A stretch of DNA of 55,519 bases, filler included, from Jimgerdemannia flammicorona (GCA_003990765.1; 3 parts of 3 records of this genome joined end to end with filler, not necessarily neighbours in it), one strand, 5' to 3'. Shown: positions 26,660 through 40,090, counted from the first letter of the whole stretch. Notes: generated by a model from the letters alone, not told the origin. Program-made: numbers and translations.

Positions 26660-29600
26660 GGTACCTTTCTTCAGTACAATTCATGTTACACCAACTTCAA
26701 GCAACAGTTTTTCAATACAACTCAGAGAAAAGGTATTATAATGATGTCATCAAGCAAGAGTTCTGCTAGGTGTGCTAGATCAGATGGACCTGGGGCTTTT
26801 GGCTGGCAGTATGTAGAGAGGGGTTATGGCCTGGGGATGGGGGCCTTTGGAGGATTGAAGAGTGGCAGGGACTCTGGAGGTGGACTGGTGTCTGGTAGTC
26901 ATGGAGAGAGGTCTGGCCCCCCAAGTTTTGTAGATAAGATGAAGGAGAGTAGGTGGTCAGCTGAGACTAGGGCTAGTATGGCAGTAGGAAAGAGTAAGGT
27001 AAGCCTAGGGAGGGGGGGAGTTGCTCAGGGGGAGAATGCAAGCATAGGTACTAGAGGTGTGATGGCTGAGGATGGGACTGCTGATGGTAGTATAATGGAC
27101 AATCAGGAAAAAAAAAGAGATATGATGGCTGATGGCAGTATGGGGCAGGGGTTCCTGATGTGGAAGGGAGACCTGGCCAATGGTATGACAGGGCTGGTGG
27201 TGGCACTATTACTCAGGAAGTCAATCTCAGAGTTTGTAGTGACGCTGTGCTTCCAAGGCTTGGTGGTAATAGCAAGGATGGTCTTGGGGCTTGTCTTGAA
27301 GCAGGTGACTAGAGCTGTCTCAGTGAAGTTCCTGAAGGGTCTAAAGGGAGTAGAGGTGGGCTTTGAGGAGGTAGGCTTACTGAAAGAGGTGCTGAAGTCT
27401 AGAGTAGTAGTTAGTGAGGTAGTAGTCTCCATGATATGCTATCTGAGGTGGGACCCCAGGGTGGTGCAGCTGCTGGTGAAGGGGGTGCCTACTGTGATGA
27501 AGGAGGAGACTAGGAGGAGAGTAGAGAAGATGATGGCAGAGTATGGCAATGTAGTGGATATCGAGTTCCAGGTATGGGAGGAGACCTCTATTAGGACTGG
27601 TGATATGGAGGTGAAGATTAGACTGACAGGAAGGGAGGCCACAGAGAAGATGAGTGACTGGCCCTCAGTGTTGATTTGGGGGACTTTTGTCTGTAAGGTG
27701 TCAAGGGTACAAGAGAATGAAGAGGAGGAAGAGGACTTATTGGAGGCACTGGAAGAGTTGAGTAGTACTATTGAGAGGAGGGCAAAGGCCTGGAAGTTGT
27801 ATGAGGAGTCAATACATTTGGAGATTGTTGATGGGAAGAGGATTTAAACTGACAAAGGGCAGTAGGAGCATACCCAGGGGCACAAGCAGTAGAGAGAGTT
27901 GTTTGTGAGTATGAGCAGTAGGACTAAGAAGAAGGCAGATGGGGCTGAGGTATCTGGGGGTATTGAAGCCAGTGTCTGGGCCAGTAAAGATGAAGGGGAG
28001 GTAGAGGCAGGCAAGAAAGAAGCTGGGAAGGTGCTGAGCAAGAACTCCTATACTGACAGTACATTCAAGGTCTGGGAGCAGGAATTGGATACCACTCCCC
28101 CCCCTCTTATCAGAAGGGACCTGGCTGTAAAGAGAGGGATAACAGAGGATGTACTGATGCAGGAGGCCCAGCAAGTGCACTTTGGGGTCCCTGATGTGGC
28201 AAAAGGGGGCCAGGTGGTGGCAGTTGGTGAGGACAAGCTGGTGGATATCTCTGAGAAGGAGTAGGATGAGGCTACCAGTGTAGGAGCTGATACCACAATG
28301 TTAAATGTAGGGCAGCCAGAGACTCTGGGAGAGAAGGAGGTGGGGAACTTGTTGTGGATGAGTAAGATGATAGATTACCTCATAGCAGATACATTGGGAG
28401 AAGTGGACCTGCAGGTAATGCCTGAGGAGTATTGGGCATAGATTCTGTATGGTGATAGAGTGGTGGAGGCACTGAAGACAGAAATTCTTGCAATTTTCCT
28501 AGAGGAGGAGGGATATGAGATTGATGAGGTAAGGAAGGCAGAGCTGGTGGTGGTTGCTGATGAGCAGGCAGCCTACTGTTGGGTGGAGCATCATAGTTTG
28601 CAGCTCTGGTAAGAGGCCTGTCTGGAGTATCATGAGGACTTTGAGGAGCAAGAAGATGGGGTGATGATAGAACTTCTGGGAGGGTTGGAGGCACAGGAGG
28701 CTGGAGAAAGGGAACTAGCTGCTGAATATGACTTGGACTTGGTGCAGGAGGAGCCAAATGTGGACTTGTAGAGGATGGGATTATGTATGATATATCATTA
28801 TTTCTTATGAATAGTACAACCAACATTTTCTCTTTGAATGTGAATGGGTTAAGGGGATCTGGGCAGCATAAGAACATTTTTACTTGGCTCAAGGGATTGG
28901 AGGCTGATCTCTTTTTACTATAGGATATTCAGTGTGAGGATGAAGACAATCAGGTGGAGTGGACTAGGGAATGGGGTGGGGCTACTGCTTGGTTTGGAAA
29001 AGTAGCAATTCTGGTGAGGAAGGATAGAGAAGACTTGGGGGGAATCAGAAGCTAGAGTGATCACTTGGTCTGGAGAGATTGGCATCAGCCAGGGTGGGAG
29101 TTGGTGAAGGTTGGTTCTTGCTACTACTCCACAGTTAGGGGTGAGAGGACTGCATGGATTCAGGAGCTGCTGGAGGAGAGTATTCTCTTAGAGGAAGAGG
29201 TTGATGTTCTTAGTAGGGACTTTAATATGGTTCAGGATCAGCATCTAGACAGAACTGATGGAGAGAGGAGTGTAGGGGGGAGAAGTGGAGGTCTGGATGC
29301 TTGGGAGGAGGTGGAGAAGTTGAGCTCCTTAGGAGATATAGGCAGAACACAGTGGGGCAATACCAGGGTCTATATATATTAGATGAATGGCTTGGGTACA
29401 AGGATTGACTGGATTCTGACAGCAGAGTGCTGGGGTTCCAATATTTGAAAGGTGCTAGAGATGGAGTGGTGCTCATGGTCTGATCACTAGAGACTGTTGG
29501 GACAGAGGCAGTTTGGGGGGAGTAGAGATAGACCCAGATATTAGCACCTTAACTCCTCCCTGCTGGCTGAGAAGGGGTTGTGAGACTCATAGGTAGAGGA

Positions 29601-29711
29601 CATTCAGGTGAAGGTTTCTGTCTAGAGGTATGAGGATTTGTCTGTGGGTGTCCATTGGATGAGATTGAAAGAGGCTACAAGGGTCTATTGGAGAGAGGCT
29701 GGTAGAAAAGC
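26660..29711 (+). mobile_element. L1/Tx1-like LINE, copy 3 (diverged, decayed): ORF1 from 26741, ORF2 endonuclease from 28807, cut at 29711
   Basis: ORF 26741-27847 is homologous to ORF1. ORF2 reads MNSTTNIFSLNVNGLRG...LLL*DI...SRDFN...RIDWIL...WSDH. Confidence 0.88.
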
Positions 29712-32637
29712 TGTAAGCACACAACCTCCAAGCCACTGAAATCACATGTCACCCTCTGAACAAGCCACCAAAATCACATGCGACCTCTGAACAAATCTGG
29801 AAATCACCTGCTTGATCACAAAGCTGAGTCAAACCGAAGTCACAGCACATAAAGCTGAGTCAATATGAAGTCATGGAATACAAGACTTATACAAATAGAA
29901 TCTTACCAATCAGGACCAAATGCATATATACCGAGTACCAAAATGCATCAAAACAGAGAACCAAAACAAACAACAACCACAACTTCTGAACACACATAAA
30001 TATGACCACTGAGATCAATAACTGCATCTGTGCTGATATTTGGAATGTTATTGTCAACCAAGCCACACTCCCTCTATCCTTCATGAATATCTATAGCCTA
30101 GCACCCCTCTATTTTATAGAAGCTCAATGGAATGCCCTGAATATGCTTAATGAGGCCCACTGAATCAGACAAATCTCAAGCTATTACCAGATCAGCCACC
30201 TCCTAGAAGTCATGGTCGAACACCACTACAATACAGACATTACCCAGATATCTCAACACCAGAAACTTATTGCCTGCAAATACCAAGAACTCTTTTATGA
30301 ATACAGTACCTTTATTCTCTACCTCTGAGTTATCACTAGTGAAATGGTTACTACTCTTTCCTATGGCAAAATTGACAATATGATACAAGAACTCAACCAC
30401 AAGTACCTTGAGTATGTCCAGACCACAGACAGAATCTTTCTATACCCCACTGACTACATCCTGCAAATGCCCCAAGTTAGATATACTATGAAGAATATCT
30501 ACGATATAATCTGGTTCAATGAAGATGAAGCAGAAGACAACAATCCCTCTGACACCAACATGACCTCAAGCCAAGGATCTCTGCCAACTCTGATTATACC
30601 ACTAACCTTGCTAATGAACTTATAACAGTTCATAACTACTAGCATGAATACTAATCTGCATTCACCCTTGATTACTTCAACTATAATAAAGAGACTGGAG
30701 AATACAATCTGTACCTTCAGACAACCCTTAAGATCGAACCAACTACTCCACCACCTGAGTACGAGTGACATGAACCACAGCTACTAGCTTACTACAACCC
30801 TGTGACTCATAGTGCTATAATCTATAGAAGGTATACAGATAGTGAAACTAATAAAAGTGAAGATGATGCACCACTCCTTTGCCCACCAACACCTTATCCA
30901 GCATACAAGACAGACAATGTAATTCTGTAGGATAGTAATGAAGTTTCAATGTATTATTATCTTAGCGAATAAAGAGAAGTAATCTACGAACTACTCTTCC
31001 TAGATAACTACTTCATCAGAAATGATGTCATCGATAGTAATATCATTGAAGACTACCCAGACAGCATCTAAACCTATAAATAGCTTAGCAGTTATAGTAT
31101 AGTTATATTAACCTTATATAATGTGACTATGAACTGACTTAGCAGTCAGATGATCTCTTAATATATCAGATCATACTTATACTATGTGACTGTATTGTGA
31201 CTCAGCAAGGCACTTAGTGCTACATCCATATCTAGCATAGTTCAGATAGCCCCTCACTAGTATAAATATCCCCTCTCCCAGACCTCAGAATCTCAGACAA
31301 AAACAGACTTGAACAATCTGAACACAACTCCTGAGCACTTCCCCACAATATCCCTTCACACAACTACTTCTAGTATAGCAATATTATGAATAGCAAATAA
31401 ATCTATTTAATAACCCACAAACCACTCTTAAGTAAATCTACTCCCCATTAGGTCCCACTCCTAACCCTATTACAAAATTTCCTAATTGGGTATTGTCTGC
31501 AGCAATATGCCGATTCAACTAAGCTGGTCTTAGTTTCTTGATCTTTCTGAAATATGGAAACTCCTGAACATCCAGAACTAGTCCAGAAATGGACTTTAGT
31601 TGAGACATCAAACTGAACTTGAAATCAATAAGCATAGAGGATATATTCCATATGAAATTGGTCTTGACCTTAAGAAAATGGTCTTCCAGAATATTCTGAA
31701 CTTCCAGAAAATCCTTCCAGAACTATATAATAGTTATCTTAAAAAGAAACCCTCTTATAACTTAGTAGCAGTAGTTTACAATCCAATTCTGCTTCAAGAT
31801 GCTTCCTCATCTTGTTACAAACCCTTCTGAGAATTCCTACAAGTTGGTATAAAGCCCAACCTCTGAACTGGAATTTATCCTGAACTATCTGATAATCTGG
31901 AGAGAATTGAACCTGACATATAAGGACAATTTGACCTCCACATCTGTAACAAGTAGGACAAACTTCATTCAAAAAAAGAAGTACTCTGATTAAATCAGCA
32001 AATAGATGAAACTCTATTCATCAAACTCCTTGCTCTATACCCAGCAAGTCAAGATGAAGAAGGTCTTATTGAAGCCTTCTTTACTCTTCTCAACAAGAGT
32101 TTTGTTAGCTCTACAAATCCAAGTAATCTAGGACAACCAGCAGCCATCTTTCTAGCCTTAGTCTCTCATAAAGCCCAAGCCTCTGTAGCCAAGTGGCTCA
32201 ACTCTACCAACTTTCACCATACTAGGACCAAGACTACATTATACTACTGATTCCAGAACAACAAGGCCCATCATATTCTTAAAGAAGAAGCAAGAGAAAC
32301 CCTTCATCAACTACCTGATCCCAAATCAGAAGCAGGCTCTACTATAGCCCTATCTGAACCTAGAACCAATACTGAATTAGAACTTAACTTTGAATTAAGT
32401 CTATCTGAAATCAGATATATAACTGATTCTGTCTACTTTGATGCTGAGCAAACCCAATTACACAAGGATCAAACTGAAGAGAAGGAGGAGTATCTCAGTG
32501 AATTCAATCCCAGATATACCACCGAAGGAGATGCACCTCCATCAGGCCAGAACACACCTACACAACAATAAATAGTTATCTATCAAGCCCTCACTCTGGA
32601 CCTACAACTATTACTCCAGCAACTTACACAGACTCAA
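29712..32637 (+). mobile_element. Putative LTR element: long LTR-like region (TG at 29712 ... TTACA at 31474) followed by decayed gag-like sequence
   Basis: Abruptly truncates LINE copy 3 at tgtaagc. Short internal repeats at 29725-29880, TATAAATA at 31261, AATAAA at ~31397. Downstream sequence is CpG-poor and coding-like, with no diagnostic motif. Confidence 0.45.
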
Positions 32638-33057
32638 AGAACACCCTCACACTTTGCAATATTTTAGTATAGTTTATTTCTTTTCTCTGTCTTTCTTGAA
32701 TATTCTATAACCTTCTGGCACTTTCCATGTACTTAGAAATCCTTTTTTGGCACTAAGCATTAACTAGTACTTATTTAGCTAGTCACTGATTGTTCTGGAA
32801 ACTTATAGAACTTTATTTGTCATCATTTGTCATCTTTGCTGAGAACTTTCCTCTTGGCATTTTCCTTTGATTTCTCAGATCCTTCCAGATCCTTCTTTCA
32901 GATCTTATATAAATATTCCCTTTGTTCTCATGAATAAAGTCTCAGAATATTTTCTCTCAGAAATCTTTTGAGAACACTTAAATCCTTAGTATCTCTTCAA
33001 GCTACTTAGGACCACCAGAACTAGTTGCTTTCTCATTTAGAAACTAGAACCATTACA
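32638..33057 (+). repeat. 5' LTR of the dUTPase-carrying Ty3/Gypsy element
   Basis: Ends in TTACA. Followed by the PBS-like tggcagcagtgg (33060-33071). Contains a TATA box and AATAAA. Homologous to the LTR at 14991-17053. Left boundary approximate. Confidence 0.75.
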
Positions 33058-33125
33058 CTTGGCAGCAGTGGTTAAGTTACACCTGGCCTTATTAAGAAAC
33101 CTCTCAAGATATTAGTCACAACACT

Positions 33126-36100
33126 ATGGAGGATAATGGGTGGAATTCTTCATACAGTACCTATAGTCCAGACAATGTCTCTTACTATCAGTAAGAAGAA
33201 GAGAAACAGCAAAACCCTACTCAGTCAAATGGGGCCATCAAGAGTCTTTTGTAGACTGCACTAGCTCAGATTGCTCAACTTCAAGAAAACATAGAAAGAA
33301 AGGAAAGCAAGACCTCTGCTCATACCTTCATACCTCTACTGATATCAATATACCTGACAGCAGTCACTATCAAGCCTCAGAAGCCCAATACCTTTGATGG
33401 TCAAAGAGGAGGACTGTCTACTGATATCTGGCTTTTCCAATTAGAGCAATATGGAGAACTAACAAATTTGGAAGAAGCAACACTAATCCAATTCGCTGCC
33501 ACACTCCTCCAAGGAAATGCTGCAATCTGGTGGCGAAATTATGTCTAGAATACTAGATTCTCTGACCAAATCAAGACCTGGGGCAAATTCTCTGATGCTA
33601 TTCAAGGCCAATTCAAACTGGTCAACAGCACTAAGGCCACATGAGACCATCTGGCAAATGTCAAACAACTCAAGTCTGTATAAGTATATAATGTACAATT
33701 TCTGTCAATCCTGCTAAAATTACTACATGTCACTGAAGACGAGAAGGTCAACAAGTACATCCGAGGCCTGAAAGGTCAAACCCAAGTTCATGTTGAACTA
33801 GAAGAACTCAAGGACCTAGATATAGCAATGAAAATTGCTGATAGGTTTGATGTCATCACTTATGGTTACTGCTTTGAACAGAAGAGACTGCCTTTCAATA
33901 ACAACAACAACCACAAAAGAGAGGAACCCAAAGTCAGAACTGTTGGACCTGTCCCCATGGACCTAGACACTATCGACAAGAGCAAGAAAGGCAAGCTTAC
34001 ACCTAAGGAAAAAGAGTGCCTCAAGAAGGCTGGAGTCTGCTTCTTTTGCCATCAGTCTGGTTACATTGTAACCAAATGTCCCAAGAAAACTGCTGAACCA
34101 AAGAGGATCCTGGTCCTATCCAAAGACACTCAAGGTCAATCAGTTGAATAAGAAGTTATACTCAATTTCATATGAGTCAACCCCAAGGCCCAGATCCCTC
34201 AAGCATAGTCAGAAGGAACCATTGGTTTGGACCTTCAAGCAGTATAACAAGTCACTATTCCAGCACATGAAAGAAGGCTCATTCCAACTGGCCTTTCAGT
34301 CAAAATCCCCAAGGAGCATTATGCAAGAATTGTACTAAGATCTGGTCTCAGTTTCAAGTACTCATTGGATGTGGGTGCTGGAGTCATTGATTCTGACTTC
34401 TGAGGTGAAATGTAAGTCCTGCTAGTCAACTATAAGAACCAACCATATACTGTCAATGAAGGAGACAGAATTGCACAGCTCATTCTAGAGTGAGCTGCCC
34501 TATCAGTTATCAAAGAAGTCACCAAGCTATCTTCAACCAAGTGAGATCAGAAAGGCTTTGGCAGTACTGACAAAGTTGCAAGCATAGCTGAGAACTGAGC
34601 CAATTCAATACTCATCTTCAAAGGTCTAGTCAAGAGACAAGAGCTAGATGTTCTCATAGACAGTGGAGCTGTTGGGAACTTCATCAACAAGAATCTCATT
34701 GATAAGCTCAAGATTCTCACAAAACTAGTTGGCAAGAATAGTGGAGTTGTCACTACAGATAGTACCACCTTATCAATTGACTCAATTGCTGCTAAACTTC
34801 CCCTCAAGATCCAGAAGTACTGAGAACATTTAGATTTTGAGGTAGTACCACTAGGAGACCATGACCTGATCCTAGGCAAACCCTGGCTTACACAGCACAA
34901 CCCTCAGATTAATTGGACCAAGAATGAAGTTACCTTGATTCAGAATGGAGCCAATATTACCATCAAGCCAGACAAGACTCAGACAAGAACCCCAATTGTG
35001 ATCCTTTCAGCAATTCAGTTCAAGAAGGCCCTCAAGAAAGCTATCTGTATCTTTGTGGCACTGATCTGACCAAAAAAAGAAGACAAGAAGCTATCCATTA
35101 GTGAAAGCATCAAATTACTGCTGAATAAGTACAAGGATGTCTTCCCAAACAAACTACCTGGTCTACTATCTTCAAGAGACCATGACCACAAAATCAAGTT
35201 GATACCTGATGCAGCTATACCTAAGAAGAAAATATACTGCATGTCTCTACTAGAAATTGAAGCAGTCAAGAAGAAACTCAATGAACTCATCAAGCGAGAA
35301 GCCATTCAGCCAAACAAGTCACCCTTTGGCTCCCCAGTCCTATTTGTCAAGAAAAAGGATGATACTCTGCGAATGTGCATAGACTACTGAGTACTCAACA
35401 AGATCACAGTCAAGAACCATTACCCACTACTGCTCATAGATCAAATCTTTGATGCTCTCAAAAATGCAAAGTACTTCACCAAGATTGATCTCACCTCTGG
35501 GTATCACCAAATTCGAATCAAGCCAGAAGATATACCCAAGACTGCCTTCATGACACTCTTCAGACTCTATGAATTCCTAGTTATGGCCTTTGGTCTCACC
35601 AACACAACAGCAATCTTTCAAGATCTCATACAAACTATCTTTAAGGACCAGCTCTATATCTTTGTACTTGTATACATTGACAATATCCTGATCTTCAGTA
35701 GCACTAAAGAAGAATACCTCAAGCATATTGAATAAGTCCTCAAGATCCTCTGTGAGAACAAGCTCTATGTAAAACTCAAGAAATGTGAATTTTTTAAGGA
35801 TCAAGTTGAATACCTTGGACACATTGTATCAGCCAAGGAAATTCAAGTAGATCTAAGGAAAATACAAGCCATTGAACAGTAGCCTGTACCAGCAAACCTC
35901 ACTGAACTCAGATCCTTTCTTGGTCTGGCTGGATACTACTATCAATTTGTCAAGAACTTCTCTGGTATTACAGAATCTTTGACAAACCTCCTGTGAAAGG
36001 AACTCAACTCTGACCTCTATGTCTCCTACATCTGAGATGCTTTCTGTCAACAAGCTTTTCAAGAACTCAAGAACTGCCTGACCCATGCACCTGTCCTTAG

Positions 36101-36704
36101 AAACATAGACCCAAACTTGAAGTTCACAGTTACTATAGATGCATCTAACTTTGCCATTGGTGCAGTCATTTCTCAAGATGATGGTCAAGGACACCAACCT
36201 ATTGCCTTTGAGTCAAGAAAATCGTCCCCAGCAGAACAAAAGCTGGCTACTCATGAAAAGGAACTCCTAGCAATTATGCATACCCTCAAGACCTGGCAAT
36301 ACTATCTAGAAGGAGTTGAGTTTAACATGATCACTGATCACAGGTCCCTTCAGTATATCAACACTCTACTAACCCTTTCTTGTCAACAAGCTAAGTGGAG
36401 TCAACTACTTCAGACCTTCACCCCAAATATCATCTATAAGCCTGGCAAAACTCTGGTTATACCAGATATACTTTTAAGAAGACCTGACCTTGCGGTAATT
36501 TTACAAGTCACCATGGCATCTGAATTCCTCAATCAGATCAAGAAGGCATATGAACAAGACTCTCTGGTTCTACAAAGGAATACCAAGGAATTCAAGAAAA
36601 AGTACACCATCAAGGATAACCTCATATACTATCAAGATAAAGTATATATTCCTGCCAACCCTGAACTATAGTATAAGATTCTTCATGAACATCATAACTC
36701 CCCA
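33126..36704 (+). pseudogene. Ty3/Gypsy gag-dUTPase-protease-RT-RNase H-(integrase start) polyprotein with in-frame nonsense mutations
   Basis: Gag KPNTFDG..LLQGNAAIWW, PMDLD and knuckle CFFCHQSGYIVTKC. dUTPase. Protease LIDSGAVGNFI. RT LRMCIDY, IDLTSGYHQI, VYIDNILIFS. RNase H IDASNFAIGAV, EKELLAI, ITDHRSL. Integrase ILHEHHNSP. Start position approximate. Confidence 0.92.
34152..34571 (+). pseudogene. Trimeric dUTPase domain within the retrotransposon polyprotein
   Basis: All five motifs in frame: IGLDL, RSGL, GAGVIDSDF*GE, GDRIAQL, *DQKGFGST (* = TGA at Arg positions). Confidence 0.92.
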
Positions 36705-36987
36705 GCTCCTTTCTCCGCTACCTTACCGGTCACAAGGTTTGGTAGGCGACCTTCCGAGTCCCCTTTCCCCTATTATTACCCCCTCTACCTCGGGTTGGTT
36801 TGCTGTGCCTGCAGGGGCATGGTGGGAGGAGGGCAATGGTGATGAGTTGCCCCTTTATCGGTGTCGGATCGGTGCTTCCTCCACTTTTTCGCGGATTCTG
36901 GTGCCTTCAGCTGCGTCTGGGGTGTACCCGTTTTGGTGCGGTGCCTTCTTCCTTTTGCCGTCGCCAACAAGGTGTTGTCTCGGTGTG
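36705..36987 (+). mobile_element. 5' end of a young, CpG-rich copy of the 1.2-kb SINE-like retroposon, inserted in the Ty3 integrase and cut by the gap
   Basis: Collinear with the reverse complement of ~16135-16415. Differences are almost all C->T/G->A in the old copy. Confidence 0.85.
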
Positions 36988-37087
36988 NNNNNNNNNNNNN
37001 NNNNNNNNNNNNNNNNNNNNNNNNNNNNNNNTTAATTAATTAANNNNNNNNNNNNNNNNNNNNNNNNNNNNNNNNNNNNNNNNNNNN
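36988..37087. other. Artificial scaffold gap linker
   Basis: N run, TTAATTAATTAA, N run. Confidence 0.97.
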
Positions 37088-37652
37088 AAAAAAAAAAAAA
37101 AAAAAAAACAGATGCGTATTATCGACACAACATTTTCTGCTTGAGCAGAACGACCAAATGACCATGCCAGATATAATCGCCCCAAGTCCATCGACGAAGA
37201 GATTCTCGTCCATCAACACATGAATCGTTTGGCCAGACCCCTTGCATAGTGGCCTCGGCGTTCTCTCGTCTATAAAACGATCGCCGCCATCTTGGTATGC
37301 AGTGCCATATGGTTACACTGGGTGTTCTAGCTGAAAGTGGCACGGGCGTAGTACTCTAATTTTAGGCGGCAGCACACAAACGGCGGTATCCGTATCTTAC
37401 AAAGCCGATCGCATGCGATACGTGTAAGCAAATGTAAATCTGTGTCGACAGGGAAATAATCAAAGCGAGCAGAAATCGAAAGAGCAAATAACTGTTTGTC
37501 CGACAGACATCAATTTAACATTTTTTCTTAGCTTCGAAAAAAAAAAAAAAGAAAAAAAAAAAAAAAAAACAGACATTGGCATTTCAGTTACAAAAAAGTA
37601 CACCATGCTTCGCAAGCTTAGGCCACCTAGATTCCCTTCCCGCCTCACTCTT

Positions 37653-38394
37653 TCATCCGCCCTGTCGAAATCGAAGTTTGGTTTTGGGCGAAACGGTCAT
37701 GGCAGGATGCACCTTCTCAGGAAGATTGCACCAGGCCACGCCATACGACTGCCCATTAATCGAGAGAGCACAGGTGCGATCAGGTGGAAGGTGAGGACAT
37801 CCCCGGAAGCAACCCTTCTTGCAATATTCCCACCACTAACCCCATTGAATAACGCTGAAATCGATTTGTACGATTGGAAACCCCACCGCGCACCGCCGGA
37901 ATCCATATATGAAGTTCTCTCCGACGAGCCCGACCTGGAGGAATGACTCATTGCTATCGTTAATGCCCATTGATTCGACGAGGATATCCCACTTCCGCAG
38001 GCCGCCCGGCAGGCAGGGACGCCCGGGCGACAAGGTCGATTCCATCACTACGCCATTGTTCGACACGATGACGGGATCCGGCGCCTCCCATCTGTAACAC
38101 ACCACATCGTCACGGGGCCTCTTTTCGCCACGAGATCGAGACGGGTGACCTGGGAGGCATGTTGTGTTTACACAAGCATAGTGCGAAAAGGATTTGTGGT
38201 GCGAGGATGTGACGGTGAGAGCGTCGACGGCTTCCATAACGAGCTTGAGACGATGCGGGCAGACGAGGACAAGATCCATATGCGGCATCATCCTCTGGAG
38301 CGAGGTGCGCGAGCGGTCGTCCTGTATACGAATCTTTGGCACGTCCGTGGAGTTCACGCTGGTGGTTCGAAGCGTGTTCAGCTGCGCGCGACGC
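37653..38394 (-). pseudogene. Truncated duplicate of the BTB-SPRY gene (C-terminal half, frameshifting deletions)
   Basis: 37236-38394 duplicates 39683-40892, including the 3' flank. It has four short deletions and lacks the BTB domain. Confidence 0.88.
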
Positions 38395-40090
38395 GAGGTT
38401 CAGGGGAACCAATGACGTCATCATCAGCATTCATGATATTATAAATACCGCAATCAGCGCGCTGGAAAGTTGGGTCATGAAAGGCTGGTTAAGTGAACCG
38501 TTGTCGCTAGCGGCTTGCTCCAGTTGTGAGATCGGGGGAGAAGCGGACGGGATGCATGGATTGCACAGGCTTGAACTCGTAGCCTTGGAGTTCTGTTGGT
38601 TGTCTTCTGGTACCACACCAAACAATATCCCCGCGAACTGGACCTCGGCGTTTGCGACGCTTACCTAGTCCCTATACTCCACCAGTTTTCCTCCAACCTT
38701 ACAATCCTCCGTCTACCTCATAACGTCCCTCTCGCTCCCCCCCTTCCTATATCATGTCCGATTTTATTACGATGTTCTCTGCTGGCCCCTCCATCCTCCC
38801 ATCTATACCCTCACTGGGCAAGACGAAGAGCTCCCTTATTAAATACAACTGACTATATGTCACTGGTGCGGGCCAAAGAAGTTACAAGTAGTTGAGCAAT
38901 TACGGCCCGAAGAACTGCGAAAGAGCAGAGGTGGAGCTAGAAGGTTGTCGGTCGGAAAACTGAAGGAGAGATCCATGGTGTGCCAGACGCTAGGGGAGGA
39001 AAAATAAAGCGATTTTACCTATATTTCTGAGGCTGAGAGGGACATATTCTTTCCTCTCGGGTAAAGCGACGTGTCGTGCTCTTTCAAAGCGCCCCCTATA
39101 TTTTGAGGGAGGAAACCGAACGACTTCGACGCCATCCGCGCACCCTTGTCCGACGTGCCCAATATCCCTCAAGAACAGCCGGGCTGCAGATCAGGGAAAC
39201 ACAAACCGGTCCGTCCCCGGCGTCGTGCGGCCGGTGACGAAAAACGCATACCACAATAACGTTGCGGCCTCGTGTAGTGCGGCGATCGTTGGGGCCGGTA
39301 ACCAAGATTCTCTGGTTATGGAAGAAGGGGAAGGGGGTTGGCAAGAAGAGGAAAAGAGATCCGAAATTGGATCAGAATTCAGGGTGAGGTTCACATATAT
39401 GTGTCGAAATAGTCGAAATTCCCTAATTGGAAGGAAAACAGGCTTCAGCAGCTCGCGCGAAGTTTGTGATTATGTCCTCGTACTTGTCCTCGCAGCTCTC
39501 GGGACTATGTTCCCCATACCTCTTGGGGCTGTAGGTTTTGGTGTATGCGCCATGGTAGAGCTTCAAACAGAAGCAGGAGGAGAACGAATAGCAGCGGAGC
39601 ACAACCAATAATGCTCAATGTCAAATTCCTGCTTCTGCTTGTTAAGGTGGTGGGTAGGAGGATGACGTCAACTACCACGCTTGACCCCTTACATAGCGGC
39701 CTCGGCGTCCTTTCATCTATAAAACGATCGCCGCCGCTAATCCATCTTGGTATGCAGTGCCATATGGCACACTTGGTATTCTCGTTGCAAGTGGCACGGG
39801 CGTAGTATATACTCTAATTTTAGGCGGCAGCACGCAAACGGCGGCGTATCTTACAAAGCCGATCGCATGCGATACGTGTAAGCAAATGTAAAGCTGTGTT
39901 GACAGGGAAATATTCAAAGCGAGCAGAAATCGGAAAGAACAAATAACTGTTTGTCCGACAGACGTCAACTTAATATTTTTTCTTAGCTTCGAAAAAAAAA
40001 AAAAAAAAACAGACATTGGCATTTCAGTTCAAAAAGTACACCATGCTTCGCAAGCTTAGGTCACCTAGATTCCCTTCCCGCCTCACTCTT

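Noticed and set aside
33126..36704. In-frame stops as evidence of an alternative genetic code
   Set aside because: Host genes use standard stops. The TE stops fall at Arg/Gln/Trp codons and are explained by C->T/G->A transitions.
36750..36775. ttccgagtccc as a tRNA-type B box
   Set aside because: Imperfect match, with no correctly spaced A box or cloverleaf.
37088..37108. Poly(A) after the gap as the tail of the SINE-like copy at 36705
   Set aside because: No TSD and no resumption of the integrase follow it, so the link cannot be supported.
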